A stretch of 38,798 bases of DNA. Source: Candidatus Saccharibacteria bacterium CPR2 (GTDB lineage Bacteria; Patescibacteriota; Saccharimonadia; Saccharimonadales; QWHN01). A model generated the notes under the pieces. That model ran no database searches and had not been told where the DNA came from. It saw only the letters and a list, made by a program, of their open reading frames with translations. This document shows, piece after piece, positions 8,826 through 17,160 of this stretch. The translations under genes and the position numbers were made by a program. The stretch is from NCBI GenBank assembly GCA_021404905.1, contig QWHN01000002.1, positions 143,582 to 182,379 on the forward strand, written 5' to 3'. How positions within the stretch are numbered: position 1 is the stretch's first letter; each line of letters opens with the position of its first letter.

Positions 8826-9662
8826 TCAAGTCGAAAGTCGGTCATTTTCTGATTTTAAATAACTCTCTATTAATTGGCGATTCGGGCTTTCCTCGTCACT
8901 TTCAACTTCAATATATTTATGAAGCTGAATGATTAGAAAGCTAACTACTATCACGCCCAGTAATAGCATCAAGGTTTGCGATCCGGCAATAATTTTTGCT
9001 TCGGATCGATGAATACTGGGAATAATATCGCTCACCGCGATATAAATGAAAAATCCCGCAACCAACCCCAAAATGAAATCAAGTTGTATTGAATATGAAT
9101 TTCCAGCTTGAAAAAACAAGACCGCTCCGACGGTTGTCGCTAGCGCACTGAAAATATTTATCATAACAACATTCTTTCGGCTCACTCTTTTTTTGAGCAA
9201 AAGCCCAAAATCGCCTATTTCCTGTGGTATCTCATGCGCAGCGACAGCAATAGTGGCAACTACTCCAGTGGGTATGCTAACCAGAAAAGCAGCGCCTATG
9301 GCTATGCCATCAATAAAATTGTGTATGGTATCTCCAATCACAATTAATGATGCGCTGGGGTCGGCTTTATCTGACTCGTGTTCATGGTGGTGATGGAACC
9401 ATTTAAGAAACTTTTCAAGTAGAAAGAACCCGATTATCCCAAGCAGGGCACCAGCCAAACCTCTCTCAAAATCACCAGAATGTCCCGATTCCGGTAACAA
9501 ATCTATAAAAGCTGCCGCCAAAAGCGCTCCCGCGGCAAACGGTGTTGCATATTTAGCCAAATTTTTCGCCACAGTCTTATTGGATAAAAGTGTGACACCG
9601 CCGATAAGAGAAAACACACCTCCGATTAACGAAAACAGTATTACTTGAGTTAATGTTGCCAT
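8826..9662 (-). CDS. ZIP-family zinc/metal transporter
   Basis: FAAGALL, His-rich loop WFHHHHEH, DTIHNFIDG, HEIPQEIGDF. Confidence 0.93.
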   Translation of the reverse strand: MATLTQVILFSLIGGVFSLIGGVTLLSNKTVAKNLAKYATPFAAGALLAAAFIDLLPESGHSGDFERGLAGALLGIIGFFLLEKFLKWFHHHHEHESDKADPSASLIVIGDTIHNFIDGIAIGAAFLVSIPTGVVATIAVAAHEIPQEIGDFGLLLKKRVSRKNVVMINIFSALATTVGAVLFFQAGNSYSIQLDFILGLVAGFFIYIAVSDIIPSIHRSEAKIIAGSQTLMLLLGVIVVSFLIIQLHKYIEVESDEESPNRQLIESYLKSENDRLST

Positions 9663-9708
9663 AATTATTCCTTGTTACTTGCTAAAAGTATCTCGCTGTG
9701 TATAAAAT

Positions 9709-9727
9709 ATTGCAAATTATTTGCGAT
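9709..9727. promoter_or_regulatory. Fur/Zur-type operator (9-1-9 inverted repeat)
   Basis: ATTGCAAAT-T-ATTTGCGAT, one mismatched pair, between divergent ZIP and Fur-family genes. Confidence 0.7.
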
Positions 9728-9732
9728 TATCT

Positions 9733-10173
9733 ATGAAAATGCAAAATGTTCAGTTTGAAGAATCAGTTAAAAACCAATTAAAAATTTCGGGCTTGAGTGT
9801 AACAACCCCCAGAATGAATATTGCAAAAATACTTTTTCTGGAAAATAAGCCAATGAGCATCCGCGAGATCATCAGAAAAACCGGCAAAACAGCTCATTTT
9901 GTAACTATTTATCGAACGATTGATACGCTTGTAAAAGCCAAGGTGCTAAACCAAATTAATATTGGTTTTAAAAATAAGTATGAACTAAGCGATATGTTCC
10001 GGCCTCATCACCATCACGCGATTTGCGAAGTTTGCGGCCAGTCCACAGAAATTCAAAATAAAAAAATAGAAGCAACGTTAAATAGCATCACTGAAGATGC
10101 CGGGTTAAAACCTACTCGTCACCAATTCGAACTCTATGGCATATGTTCAAAATGTATAAATGAAAAACAATAA
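9733..10173 (+). CDS. Fur-family regulator, probably Zur
   Basis: TTPR, TIYRTI helix, HHHHAICEVCG and CSKC; divergent from a ZIP transporter. Start moved to ATG 9733. Confidence 0.88.
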   Translation: MKMQNVQFEESVKNQLKISGLSVTTPRMNIAKILFLENKPMSIREIIRKTGKTAHFVTIYRTIDTLVKAKVLNQINIGFKNKYELSDMFRPHHHHAICEVCGQSTEIQNKKIEATLNSITEDAGLKPTRHQFELYGICSKCINEKQ

Positions 10174-10213
10174 TTTTCATAATTTGGCCATAGCTTGTAC
10201 AATTGCTTGAATA

Positions 10214-11020
10214 ATGAGCAAGCCAAAAATTTCACTTGAGAATCACGATGAATTATATGAATATTACGCTAAGAAAAAGCTCAGCCCAACCATAGTAAGA
10301 ATTAGTCACTTCTTATTATCACAAGCTTTTAAGCCTAGAGTTCATTACATTGATGATTCTAAGGAAAAAATAAAAGAAACCTTCGCGCGAGGCGGACAAT
10401 TTATTATGACATCCAATCATCTAAGCGCCGCCGACCAATACATTTTGGGATCAATTGTAAGACGCGAGGAAGTTCTGCGCCCATTTATGGGCAACACTGT
10501 TATACCTGGCAAGGCGCCAGTATTTAAAATACCGGTATTGCGTTCATTCGTAGATAATCTCGGTGCTGTGCCAACATTTCGCACCAAAGAAGTTTTAAGC
10601 GAAGAAAATAGCCACTTGAACCCCGATGAAAGAGATAAAGCCCATAGCGCTTCTAGGCAAGCATTGCTTGATGTTTGCATTAAGCGCGTAACAAAAGATG
10701 GTATGAGTATGGCAATTTTTCCAGAAGGAACCAGAAACAGAGAAAATCCTGAAAACTTACTGCCGCTAAAAATTGGTGTTGGCATAGTCGCGTGTGAAGC
10801 TTCCACAGAAGTGGAAGATCTATCAATATTACCAATTGGAATGAGCTATAGAAGCTCTAAAGCATTAGACGCAAGAGATCCAATCGTGTGTATTGGCGAG
10901 CCAATCTTAGGCCCATTTAATGAAGTCGACCAAGTACTCGAGCTGGTTGATGAAAAATTACAAAAGTGTGTTGACGCCGCAAGATTTATAGTGAATCATG
11001 AAAATGTTTATGATTATTAG
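10214..11020 (+). CDS. lysophospholipid acyltransferase (PlsC family)
   Basis: NHLSAAD (NHX4D) and FPEGTRN motifs. Confidence 0.88.
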   Translation: MSKPKISLENHDELYEYYAKKKLSPTIVRISHFLLSQAFKPRVHYIDDSKEKIKETFARGGQFIMTSNHLSAADQYILGSIVRREEVLRPFMGNTVIPGKAPVFKIPVLRSFVDNLGAVPTFRTKEVLSEENSHLNPDERDKAHSASRQALLDVCIKRVTKDGMSMAIFPEGTRNRENPENLLPLKIGVGIVACEASTEVEDLSILPIGMSYRSSKALDARDPIVCIGEPILGPFNEVDQVLELVDEKLQKCVDAARFIVNHENVYDY

Positions 11021-11069
11021 ACAGAAAGCTAGAGCTTGTTATAATTCAATTGCTACCAATATATAAACT

Positions 11070-12356
11070 ATGTACACGTATTTAATTACACAACTCATCG
11101 GTACTCTGCTTATACTTTTAGTGATCTTACTAACACTCATAAAACTGGGTTTCTGGAAGTGGCTATTTAAAAAAATAAGAAAGTTCAATTTGTGGACATG
11201 GCTATTAGTATTAACCGCAGTTGTTGGATTATTTTTATTATTACTGGGTAATCAAAAGTTTGCCCTGCATTTTGCAATGCCGCCCAACATGCATTCCCAC
11301 ACTCCGGATAAAAATCCGCCCAGTTTGCCAATATTAAACGCGATTGACTTTTTATTTACATCAAAAGACTTTGAAAAAGTAAGCGACATTGGGGCCGACC
11401 CCAACGATGTTCCAGCTCAAATAACACGAACCAACAATGAGGTTGTAAAAATTTCACTTGCGGCAAAAGAAGTCATAAGTGAAATTGCACCAGGAATTTA
11501 TAACAACTACTGGACATTTAACGGACAGACCCCTGGGCCAATGTTAAGAGTTCTTGAAGGAGACGTGATAGAGCTCACTCTGACAAATGACAAAACCAGC
11601 CTTCATGAACACAATATTGATCTTCACGCTGTTACCGGACCCGGCGGCGGGGCGGAACTTACCAAAGTTAAGCCAGGGGAAAGCAAAACTTTTTCTTGGA
11701 AAGCTATGGCACCCGGACTTTATATTTACCACTGCGCCACCTCAAATGTCAGTGTTCATAATTCTCACGGCCAATACGGTTTGATTCTGGTTCAGCCAAA
11801 ATCGGGCCTGGAATCGGTAGATAAAGAATTTTATATAGCCCAAGGCGAACTTTATACTCAAGGCGGCATCGGCCAAAAAGGTCTGGTACTTTTTGATCCG
11901 CAAGCTTTGCTTGATGGCAACCCAACGTATGTGACATTTAATGGCAAAGTTGAACAATCTCCCAGGATGAAAGTTAAAAAAGGCGACCGAGTCAGAATCT
12001 ATGTTGGAAACGGCGGCGTGAATTTGGTTTCTTCTTTCCATATAATCGGTGAAATTTTTGACAAAGTATATCCCGAAGCAGCCATGGGCGAGGGAAGCGC
12101 GGTACTAAAAAACGTCCAAACAACAACTGTCCTTCCAGGTGGAGCTTCAATAGTTGAATTTACTGTGGACGTTCCTGGCAAATATATTCTGGTTGACCAT
12201 GCCCTGGCACGTATGAATAAAGGCGCATGGGCGGTTCTTCAAGTAGAAGGTGACTCAAGTCCAGATATTATTAAAGAAGGGGCAACTGATTCAGAGATAT
12301 TAAATGAGCTAAACTCTATGGATATGGGATCAATGATGCATAGTGGTAGCCATTGA
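11070..12356 (+). CDS. nirK: copper-containing nitrite reductase (AniA-like) with two N-terminal TM helices
   Basis: WTFNGQTPGP, HNIDLHAVTGPGGG, YHC...H, SSFHIIGEIFD, VDHAL.R; axial type-1 Met replaced by Gln. Confidence 0.9.
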   Translation: MYTYLITQLIGTLLILLVILLTLIKLGFWKWLFKKIRKFNLWTWLLVLTAVVGLFLLLLGNQKFALHFAMPPNMHSHTPDKNPPSLPILNAIDFLFTSKDFEKVSDIGADPNDVPAQITRTNNEVVKISLAAKEVISEIAPGIYNNYWTFNGQTPGPMLRVLEGDVIELTLTNDKTSLHEHNIDLHAVTGPGGGAELTKVKPGESKTFSWKAMAPGLYIYHCATSNVSVHNSHGQYGLILVQPKSGLESVDKEFYIAQGELYTQGGIGQKGLVLFDPQALLDGNPTYVTFNGKVEQSPRMKVKKGDRVRIYVGNGGVNLVSSFHIIGEIFDKVYPEAAMGEGSAVLKNVQTTTVLPGGASIVEFTVDVPGKYILVDHALARMNKGAWAVLQVEGDSSPDIIKEGATDSEILNELNSMDMGSMMHSGSH

Positions 12357-12368
12357 TGGCCATTAGGC

Positions 12369-14036
12369 CTATTCAGTTGATTGCACGCTTAATATCGGAA
12401 TACTCAGAATCGCTTTAGTACCTTCATTTACCGCGCTGGTAATCTTTAGATCGCCATTTAGCAAATGCGCCATGCGCGATGCGATATAAAGTCCTATACC
12501 CAACCCGCCCGAACTCCTGACTTCAAAGTGCTCCGCTTGAATAAAATCTTGTTCAAATAAAGAGTTGAGCGTTGATTTTGGAATTCCTACCCCAGTATCT
12601 TTAACAACGAATATTAAATCGTCTTCCTGTCTTGTAACTAAAAATTCTATTAAACCTTTTTTGGTAAATTTAACTGAATTATCCAGCAGCGCATCGATAA
12701 TACGCCCCAAATATTCGGTGTGGCTAATAAACGTTCTTGGGGCATTTTCTGCTATGGAAAAGTTAAATTCCAAACCCTTGTCGTGCGCTAGCTGCTTAAA
12801 TTGGCTCGCAAATTCGCCAACAAAATCCTGCAACCTTATCTCCTGTCGAATAAGTTGAGGACTTTCGGAGCCGGACTGAATCAGTAAATTAAGTTCGTTG
12901 ACAACCTTCGAAAGCCGCACTATAACGTCATGGGATTCATTAGTTGCGTTAACTAATTTTCCAGAGTATTCACTGCCTTTATTTGCAAAAAATGCTATGT
13001 TTGAAATTTGCGCTTCCAAATTTGCGATTGGCGTGCGCATTTCATGCGCCATTAATGAAAGAAATGTCTGTCTATTCTCTTCAGCTCGTCTTTGCTGGGT
13101 AATATTGCGCAGCACTAAAACATAACCTTCAACTTCATTTTGACGATTTATCACTGGCTGGGATAGTAAATTGACAAAAATTCTGTCATTTTCATCATAT
13201 TCCAACACAAAAACATCGCCATTGTTGCGGCGGCGCTTATTTGTGACATATTCAAGCAAATTCAGTTTCTCTTTTTTTGTAGTATAGAGTTTAATCAATT
13301 CCGCCAGATCTTTACCAAGCGGGCTAACTTGAATGTCGGCAAGCCCTAAAAATGCAGGGTTAAAGACATTGATTCTTCCAATTTTATCTATACCTACAAC
13401 CGCGTCGCTCATACTGGAAAGCAAGCCTTGTAGTTTCTGCTGCTCAGAGTCAAGTTTATTATAGGCTTGTTCCAAGGTGTATCTGTCGCTCTCGCTAACA
13501 TAGGTTGCATCTATAACAATTTGCGAAAGCGCAAACAAAGCCAAATAGGTAGCAGATACTACACCATAATTTTTTAGAGTTAATTGCGGGCCAAATGTAT
13601 CGACATATAAAAATTCCTGTATAACTGGCTGCAATATGTGAGCCAGTGCTGCAATAGCAAGTATGACATACGCCATTTTTCTTGAGAAAAATAAGCTTGC
13701 AAGCATAACAGGCACCATAAACAAATAAGAATAAGACTGGCCATAGTCACTAAAAAATACAACTGTCACAAAAAGAATTACTGTATAAAATGTAACGCTT
13801 ACGGCAGGTCTTTTTTCAAGAAAATCCTTCCATAATAACCTTAACAAGCCAAACAGAGTGAAAATAAGCAAAAGCGAATAAGTGGATATCTGGAACCAAG
13901 TTTCTTCTAGAGGAGATATGCTAATATCAATCACGGCAACTATAGCCATGACAAAATGCAGAACAATAATGCCGTCTCTGGTAAGAACTTTTCTGAGTTT
14001 AGGGCTTATCAGATCAATATTTCGAACTTTAACCAT
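12369..14036 (-). CDS. membrane sensor histidine kinase with PAS domain
   Basis: Several TM helices, coiled coil, PAS, H-box AHEMRTP, LLDNSVKFT, DTGVG, GLGIGL. Start 14036 or 14042. Confidence 0.9.
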   Translation of the reverse strand: MVKVRNIDLISPKLRKVLTRDGIIVLHFVMAIVAVIDISISPLEETWFQISTYSLLLIFTLFGLLRLLWKDFLEKRPAVSVTFYTVILFVTVVFFSDYGQSYSYLFMVPVMLASLFFSRKMAYVILAIAALAHILQPVIQEFLYVDTFGPQLTLKNYGVVSATYLALFALSQIVIDATYVSESDRYTLEQAYNKLDSEQQKLQGLLSSMSDAVVGIDKIGRINVFNPAFLGLADIQVSPLGKDLAELIKLYTTKKEKLNLLEYVTNKRRRNNGDVFVLEYDENDRIFVNLLSQPVINRQNEVEGYVLVLRNITQQRRAEENRQTFLSLMAHEMRTPIANLEAQISNIAFFANKGSEYSGKLVNATNESHDVIVRLSKVVNELNLLIQSGSESPQLIRQEIRLQDFVGEFASQFKQLAHDKGLEFNFSIAENAPRTFISHTEYLGRIIDALLDNSVKFTKKGLIEFLVTRQEDDLIFVVKDTGVGIPKSTLNSLFEQDFIQAEHFEVRSSGGLGIGLYIASRMAHLLNGDLKITSAVNEGTKAILSIPILSVQSTE

Positions 14037-14240
14037 AAGCATATCTTAGTCTTAAAGTTCAACCCTTTCAAATTATACTGAATTGAATATTCGCATCTCA
14101 TAGTAAATTTATGTTATAATTCATTTGCTTAAGTAGATATCTTAGCTTTCCGTAGCCATAGTTTGTCCAAAATGACCAACTAGTATCACGGTCAGACAGT
14201 ATCGACAGAAGCGGCACAATATAAATGAAAGGATAAATTA

Positions 14241-14537
14241 ATGGCAACTAAGCTATACGTAGGGAGCCTTCCCTATAGCGTTAACGACGATGAATTACGA
14301 GAATTTTTCGCAAGTCATGGCGAGGTAGTTAGCGCAGTAGTTATTAAAGACCGCGAAAGCGGCCGATCAAAGGGTTTTGGATTTGTTGAATTCAGCAATG
14401 ATGACGAAGCAAAAAAAGCCATCAACGATCTTAATGGTCAGGAAATGAGCGGACGGGCAATTGTAGTCAACGAAGCTCGACCCCAAGAAGACCGACGCCC
14501 TAGCGGCAACAATAATTTCCGCCGAAATCGATACTAA
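14241..14537 (+). CDS. RRM (RNP-1) RNA-binding protein
   Basis: KLYVGSL (RNP2), KGFGFVEF (RNP1), VNEARP. Confidence 0.95.
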   Translation: MATKLYVGSLPYSVNDDELREFFASHGEVVSAVVIKDRESGRSKGFGFVEFSNDDEAKKAINDLNGQEMSGRAIVVNEARPQEDRRPSGNNNFRRNRY

Positions 14538-15187
14538 TTCGCTAAGTGCGCGTGGTCGTTATAAGTCCATAGCCGCCAGGAGTGGTCTTGCTCGAAATCA
14601 TCTCGGTACTGTAAAACGGTAATGCCCGTATTTTCTATTGATGCAGCCCTGTGAAAATTTTTAAAGGCAGCTGGATTTAGTGATTCTGCGAGCAAAACTC
14701 TCGCCACAATAGTTCGCAAGAAATAACCATGAGTAACAACTAAAATTGACTTTTCGGGACGTTCCAAAAGATAGTCTAATGCTTTTTTAGCTCTGACGAT
14801 AATATCATCGTAGTTTTCTCCATCTTCTACGCGCATGCCGGGAGTAGTCATACTTTCTTCCCATTGTCTCCATATTTTGTTGGCGATTTCGTCCGTATAT
14901 GGCTTGCCGTTAATACTTTTTGGCTTAATTCTTTCTACAAACAAATCAGAAAATATAATATTTTTCTTGGTTTTATTTGATATTGCTTGAGCAGTTGCTT
15001 TAGCGCGTGGCAAGGGGCTGGCAATTAATGCGTCAAAGTTCAGATGTGATGCTCGCTCGGCAACAAGATCAGCTTGTTGATTACCGTGATAGCTAAGAGG
15101 CGAATCTTCCGCTTGAAAAACCGGTGCGACATTATGTTCACTTTGCCCATGACGTACAAAGTAAACAGTTTTTTTAGTATTAATCAT
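14534..15187 (-). CDS. histidine phosphatase family protein
   Basis: VRHGQS, SPLPRA, VTHG and N-T-G motifs. Confidence 0.9.
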   Translation of the reverse strand: MINTKKTVYFVRHGQSEHNVAPVFQAEDSPLSYHGNQQADLVAERASHLNFDALIASPLPRAKATAQAISNKTKKNIIFSDLFVERIKPKSINGKPYTDEIANKIWRQWEESMTTPGMRVEDGENYDDIIVRAKKALDYLLERPEKSILVVTHGYFLRTIVARVLLAESLNPAAFKNFHRAASIENTGITVLQYRDDFEQDHSWRLWTYNDHAHLAN

Positions 15188-15295
15188 TACTGTTAGTGTA
15201 ATAGTTTGCTTATCTTAAAGTAAAGCTTTAGCGAAAAATGGCTTGCCACTACGAAGCCTTGGCGAAGTATGGCTACAAACTATGAGCTTGTCGAA

Positions 15296-15369
15296 TGGCT
15301 GGGGAGGAGGGACTCGAACCCCCGTTGCTGGGACCAAAACCCAGTGTCCTACCACTAGACGACTCCCCA
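15296..15369 (-). tRNA. tRNA-Gln (TTG)
   Basis: Reverse complement TGGGGAG...CTGGG-TT-TTG-GT-CCCAG...GGTTCGAGTCC...CTCCCCA-G-CCA folds as a cloverleaf with encoded CCA. Confidence 0.95.
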
Positions 15370-15467
15370 TCGTCAAATAGATTATACCCCAACATATGAG
15401 TTAGTTTGAGACAATATTTAAACATTTTTGTTTCGTGTGGCGCAAATTATTGTTAAACTAGTTTTAG

Positions 15468-15794
15468 ATGAGTAGTGAAGAAGTGGCACAGTTAGACGAG
15501 TTTTCTGAAGATTGGCAAGCTCAAGCCGTATGTAAAGACGAGCATGAAGTTTTCAATGCAACGTTTGACATTTGCGATACAAAAAGAAGAGAGAAATCTA
15601 GAGAACAATATGTCATAGAAAGGCAGATAGAGAATGCAGCTAAAGCAATTTGCAGGCGCTGCGTAGTAAGAGTTGCTTGCCTTGACTATGCAATTGACAA
15701 TGAAGAAAAATTTGGCGTGTGGGGAGGTATGAATACAGAAGAAAGAACAGAATATGCAAAGCAGGCTCAATCCAAAAAAAGGAATTATATGTAA
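15468..15794 (+). CDS. WhiB-family Fe-S transcriptional regulator
   Basis: WQAQAVC ... AKAICRRCVVRVACLDYA ... GVWGG..TEER: four-Cys pattern plus GVWGG turn. Confidence 0.9.
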   Translation: MSSEEVAQLDEFSEDWQAQAVCKDEHEVFNATFDICDTKRREKSREQYVIERQIENAAKAICRRCVVRVACLDYAIDNEEKFGVWGGMNTEERTEYAKQAQSKKRNYM

Positions 15795-16075
15795 TGGCAA
15801 CAAACTCGCTTGATGACTTGCTAAAGAAAAAAGCAGACCAAATGGACTTTAGCGCTAAGAAGTCCGCTTTAGACATTGCTCAGAAAGAACTGGAAAGATT
15901 CGCGCCAGAGTTTGCTCGCGTAAGTAAGATTACTGATGAGGGAGCAGTATATGTAGTTACACCTCATGCCCCCATGGCCAGTAATTTACGCTTTCAACAG
16001 GTAGAGATTATTGAATCTATCAAGTCCGCACTTAATCAACCAATTGAAAAACTCGTCATCCAAATACGCTCTTGA
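15794..16075 (+). CDS. DciA/DUF721-like protein
   Basis: Start revised to ATG 15794 (TAATG overlap with whiB stop); pattern G.V.V......AS.L......II..I......I..L.I resembles DUF721. Confidence 0.55.
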   Translation: MATNSLDDLLKKKADQMDFSAKKSALDIAQKELERFAPEFARVSKITDEGAVYVVTPHAPMASNLRFQQVEIIESIKSALNQPIEKLVIQIRS

Positions 16076-16086
16076 ACAGGCAGCTA

Positions 16087-16296
16087 CTAAGCAAATATTC
16101 TTACTTTTTTGCCATTAGTGTAGGCTTGGAATATCTTTTGTTGTACAGACTGGGGCAGTTGTAAATTAATTACTTTTTGCCCGTTTATCTTGGTGCTGAT
16201 AGTGCAAACCCGATACGTGCTGTGAAGCCTCTTTATTGTTGGTTGGGCTTCGGTAATAACTAAATCGACAAAATTTTCCCCCTTTCTTTTTGCCAT
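16087..16296 (-). CDS. small basic hypothetical protein (69 aa)
   Basis: ATG 16296 with GGAGGG SD and its own promoter; MAKRKGENFVDLVITE...KKVRIFA. Confidence 0.6.
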   Translation of the reverse strand: MAKRKGENFVDLVITEAQPTIKRLHSTYRVCTISTKINGQKVINLQLPQSVQQKIFQAYTNGKKVRIFA

Positions 16297-16330
16297 GATG
16301 CCCTCCATATTTATTAACTTTATGTGTTTA

Positions 16331-16359
16331 ATTTTAATGAAACATACAAAATGCGTCAA
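16331..16359 (-). promoter_or_regulatory. sigma70 promoter for the 69-aa ORF
   Basis: TTGACG-N17-TAAAAT on the minus strand. Confidence 0.6.
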
Positions 16360-16387
16360 CGACTTTTTTTGAGCATTTTTGAACATC

Positions 16388-16416
16388 TTGACACTTGCCA
16401 TATAGTCTGCCACAAT
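16388..16416 (+). promoter_or_regulatory. sigma70 promoter for the LexA-like gene
   Basis: TTGACA-N17-CACAAT. Confidence 0.6.
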
Positions 16417-16519
16417 GAACATGCGAGCTAATGCTATCCGCTAAATGCAAAATAAATGAAAACTGATTCGCTGTATAGCGAATGAAAACTGTAAATTAAT
16501 CAAGCAAAGCGAGATTTTT

Positions 16520-17155
16520 ATGCACACAATTCAAAAAAAGATTTACAAACTGGCTCAAAAGGAAGATATTGGCGCTTATGGCTACCGCAAAATTGGAGAA
16601 AAAATTAAAGTTGAGCATCCCCAGCAAGTTAAGCACCATGTTTTGAAACTTATTAATGATGGTTATCTGGTGAGAACACCTGGAGGGGGGCTCCGTGCCA
16701 GCAAGCCAAATATTGCTGGCGGCAAGATGTTACGCATTCCGATTTTAGGCCAAGCTAATTGCGGGGAAGCGTTATCCTACGCTGAAGATTATGCCCAAGA
16801 TTGGCTTTCGCTTTCTCCGAGTTTAGTGAAGTCAAAACACCCGAAAAAACTTTTTGCCGTAAAGGCCAGTGGAGATTCCATGAACAAAGCAGTGATTAAC
16901 GGAAAAACTATTGAGGACGGGGATTATGTAATAGTCGATGGCAGCACGCAAATTCCAGAAAACGGCGACTTTATTGTTTCATCAGTAGAAGGGCTGGCAA
17001 ATATAAAAAAATATATGCTAGACCAGCAATATGGCGTAATAGCATTGCTTAGCGAATCCACGCGTCAACGCCCACCAATATTTATTCACCCAAACGATGT
17101 TGAAAGCTACCACATTCACGGCAAAGTAGTGGAAGTTATTAAAAATCGTTTCTAA
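16520..17155 (+). CDS. LexA-like repressor with S24 peptidase domain
   Basis: N-terminal winged-HTH-like region, IPILGQANCG cleavage loop (C-G), GDSM catalytic Ser, IKK catalytic Lys, GKVV end. Confidence 0.85.
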   Translation: MHTIQKKIYKLAQKEDIGAYGYRKIGEKIKVEHPQQVKHHVLKLINDGYLVRTPGGGLRASKPNIAGGKMLRIPILGQANCGEALSYAEDYAQDWLSLSPSLVKSKHPKKLFAVKASGDSMNKAVINGKTIEDGDYVIVDGSTQIPENGDFIVSSVEGLANIKKYMLDQQYGVIALLSESTRQRPPIFIHPNDVESYHIHGKVVEVIKNRF

Positions 17156-17160
17156 ATTCG

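Noticed and set aside
12345-12372. GCCAT-TG-ATGGC palindrome at the nirK stop as a terminator
   Set aside because: Short stem, 2-nt loop and no U-tract.
16417-16519. lexA-like leader as a known riboswitch
   Set aside because: Only one short hairpin; no consensus of a riboswitch class I recognise.
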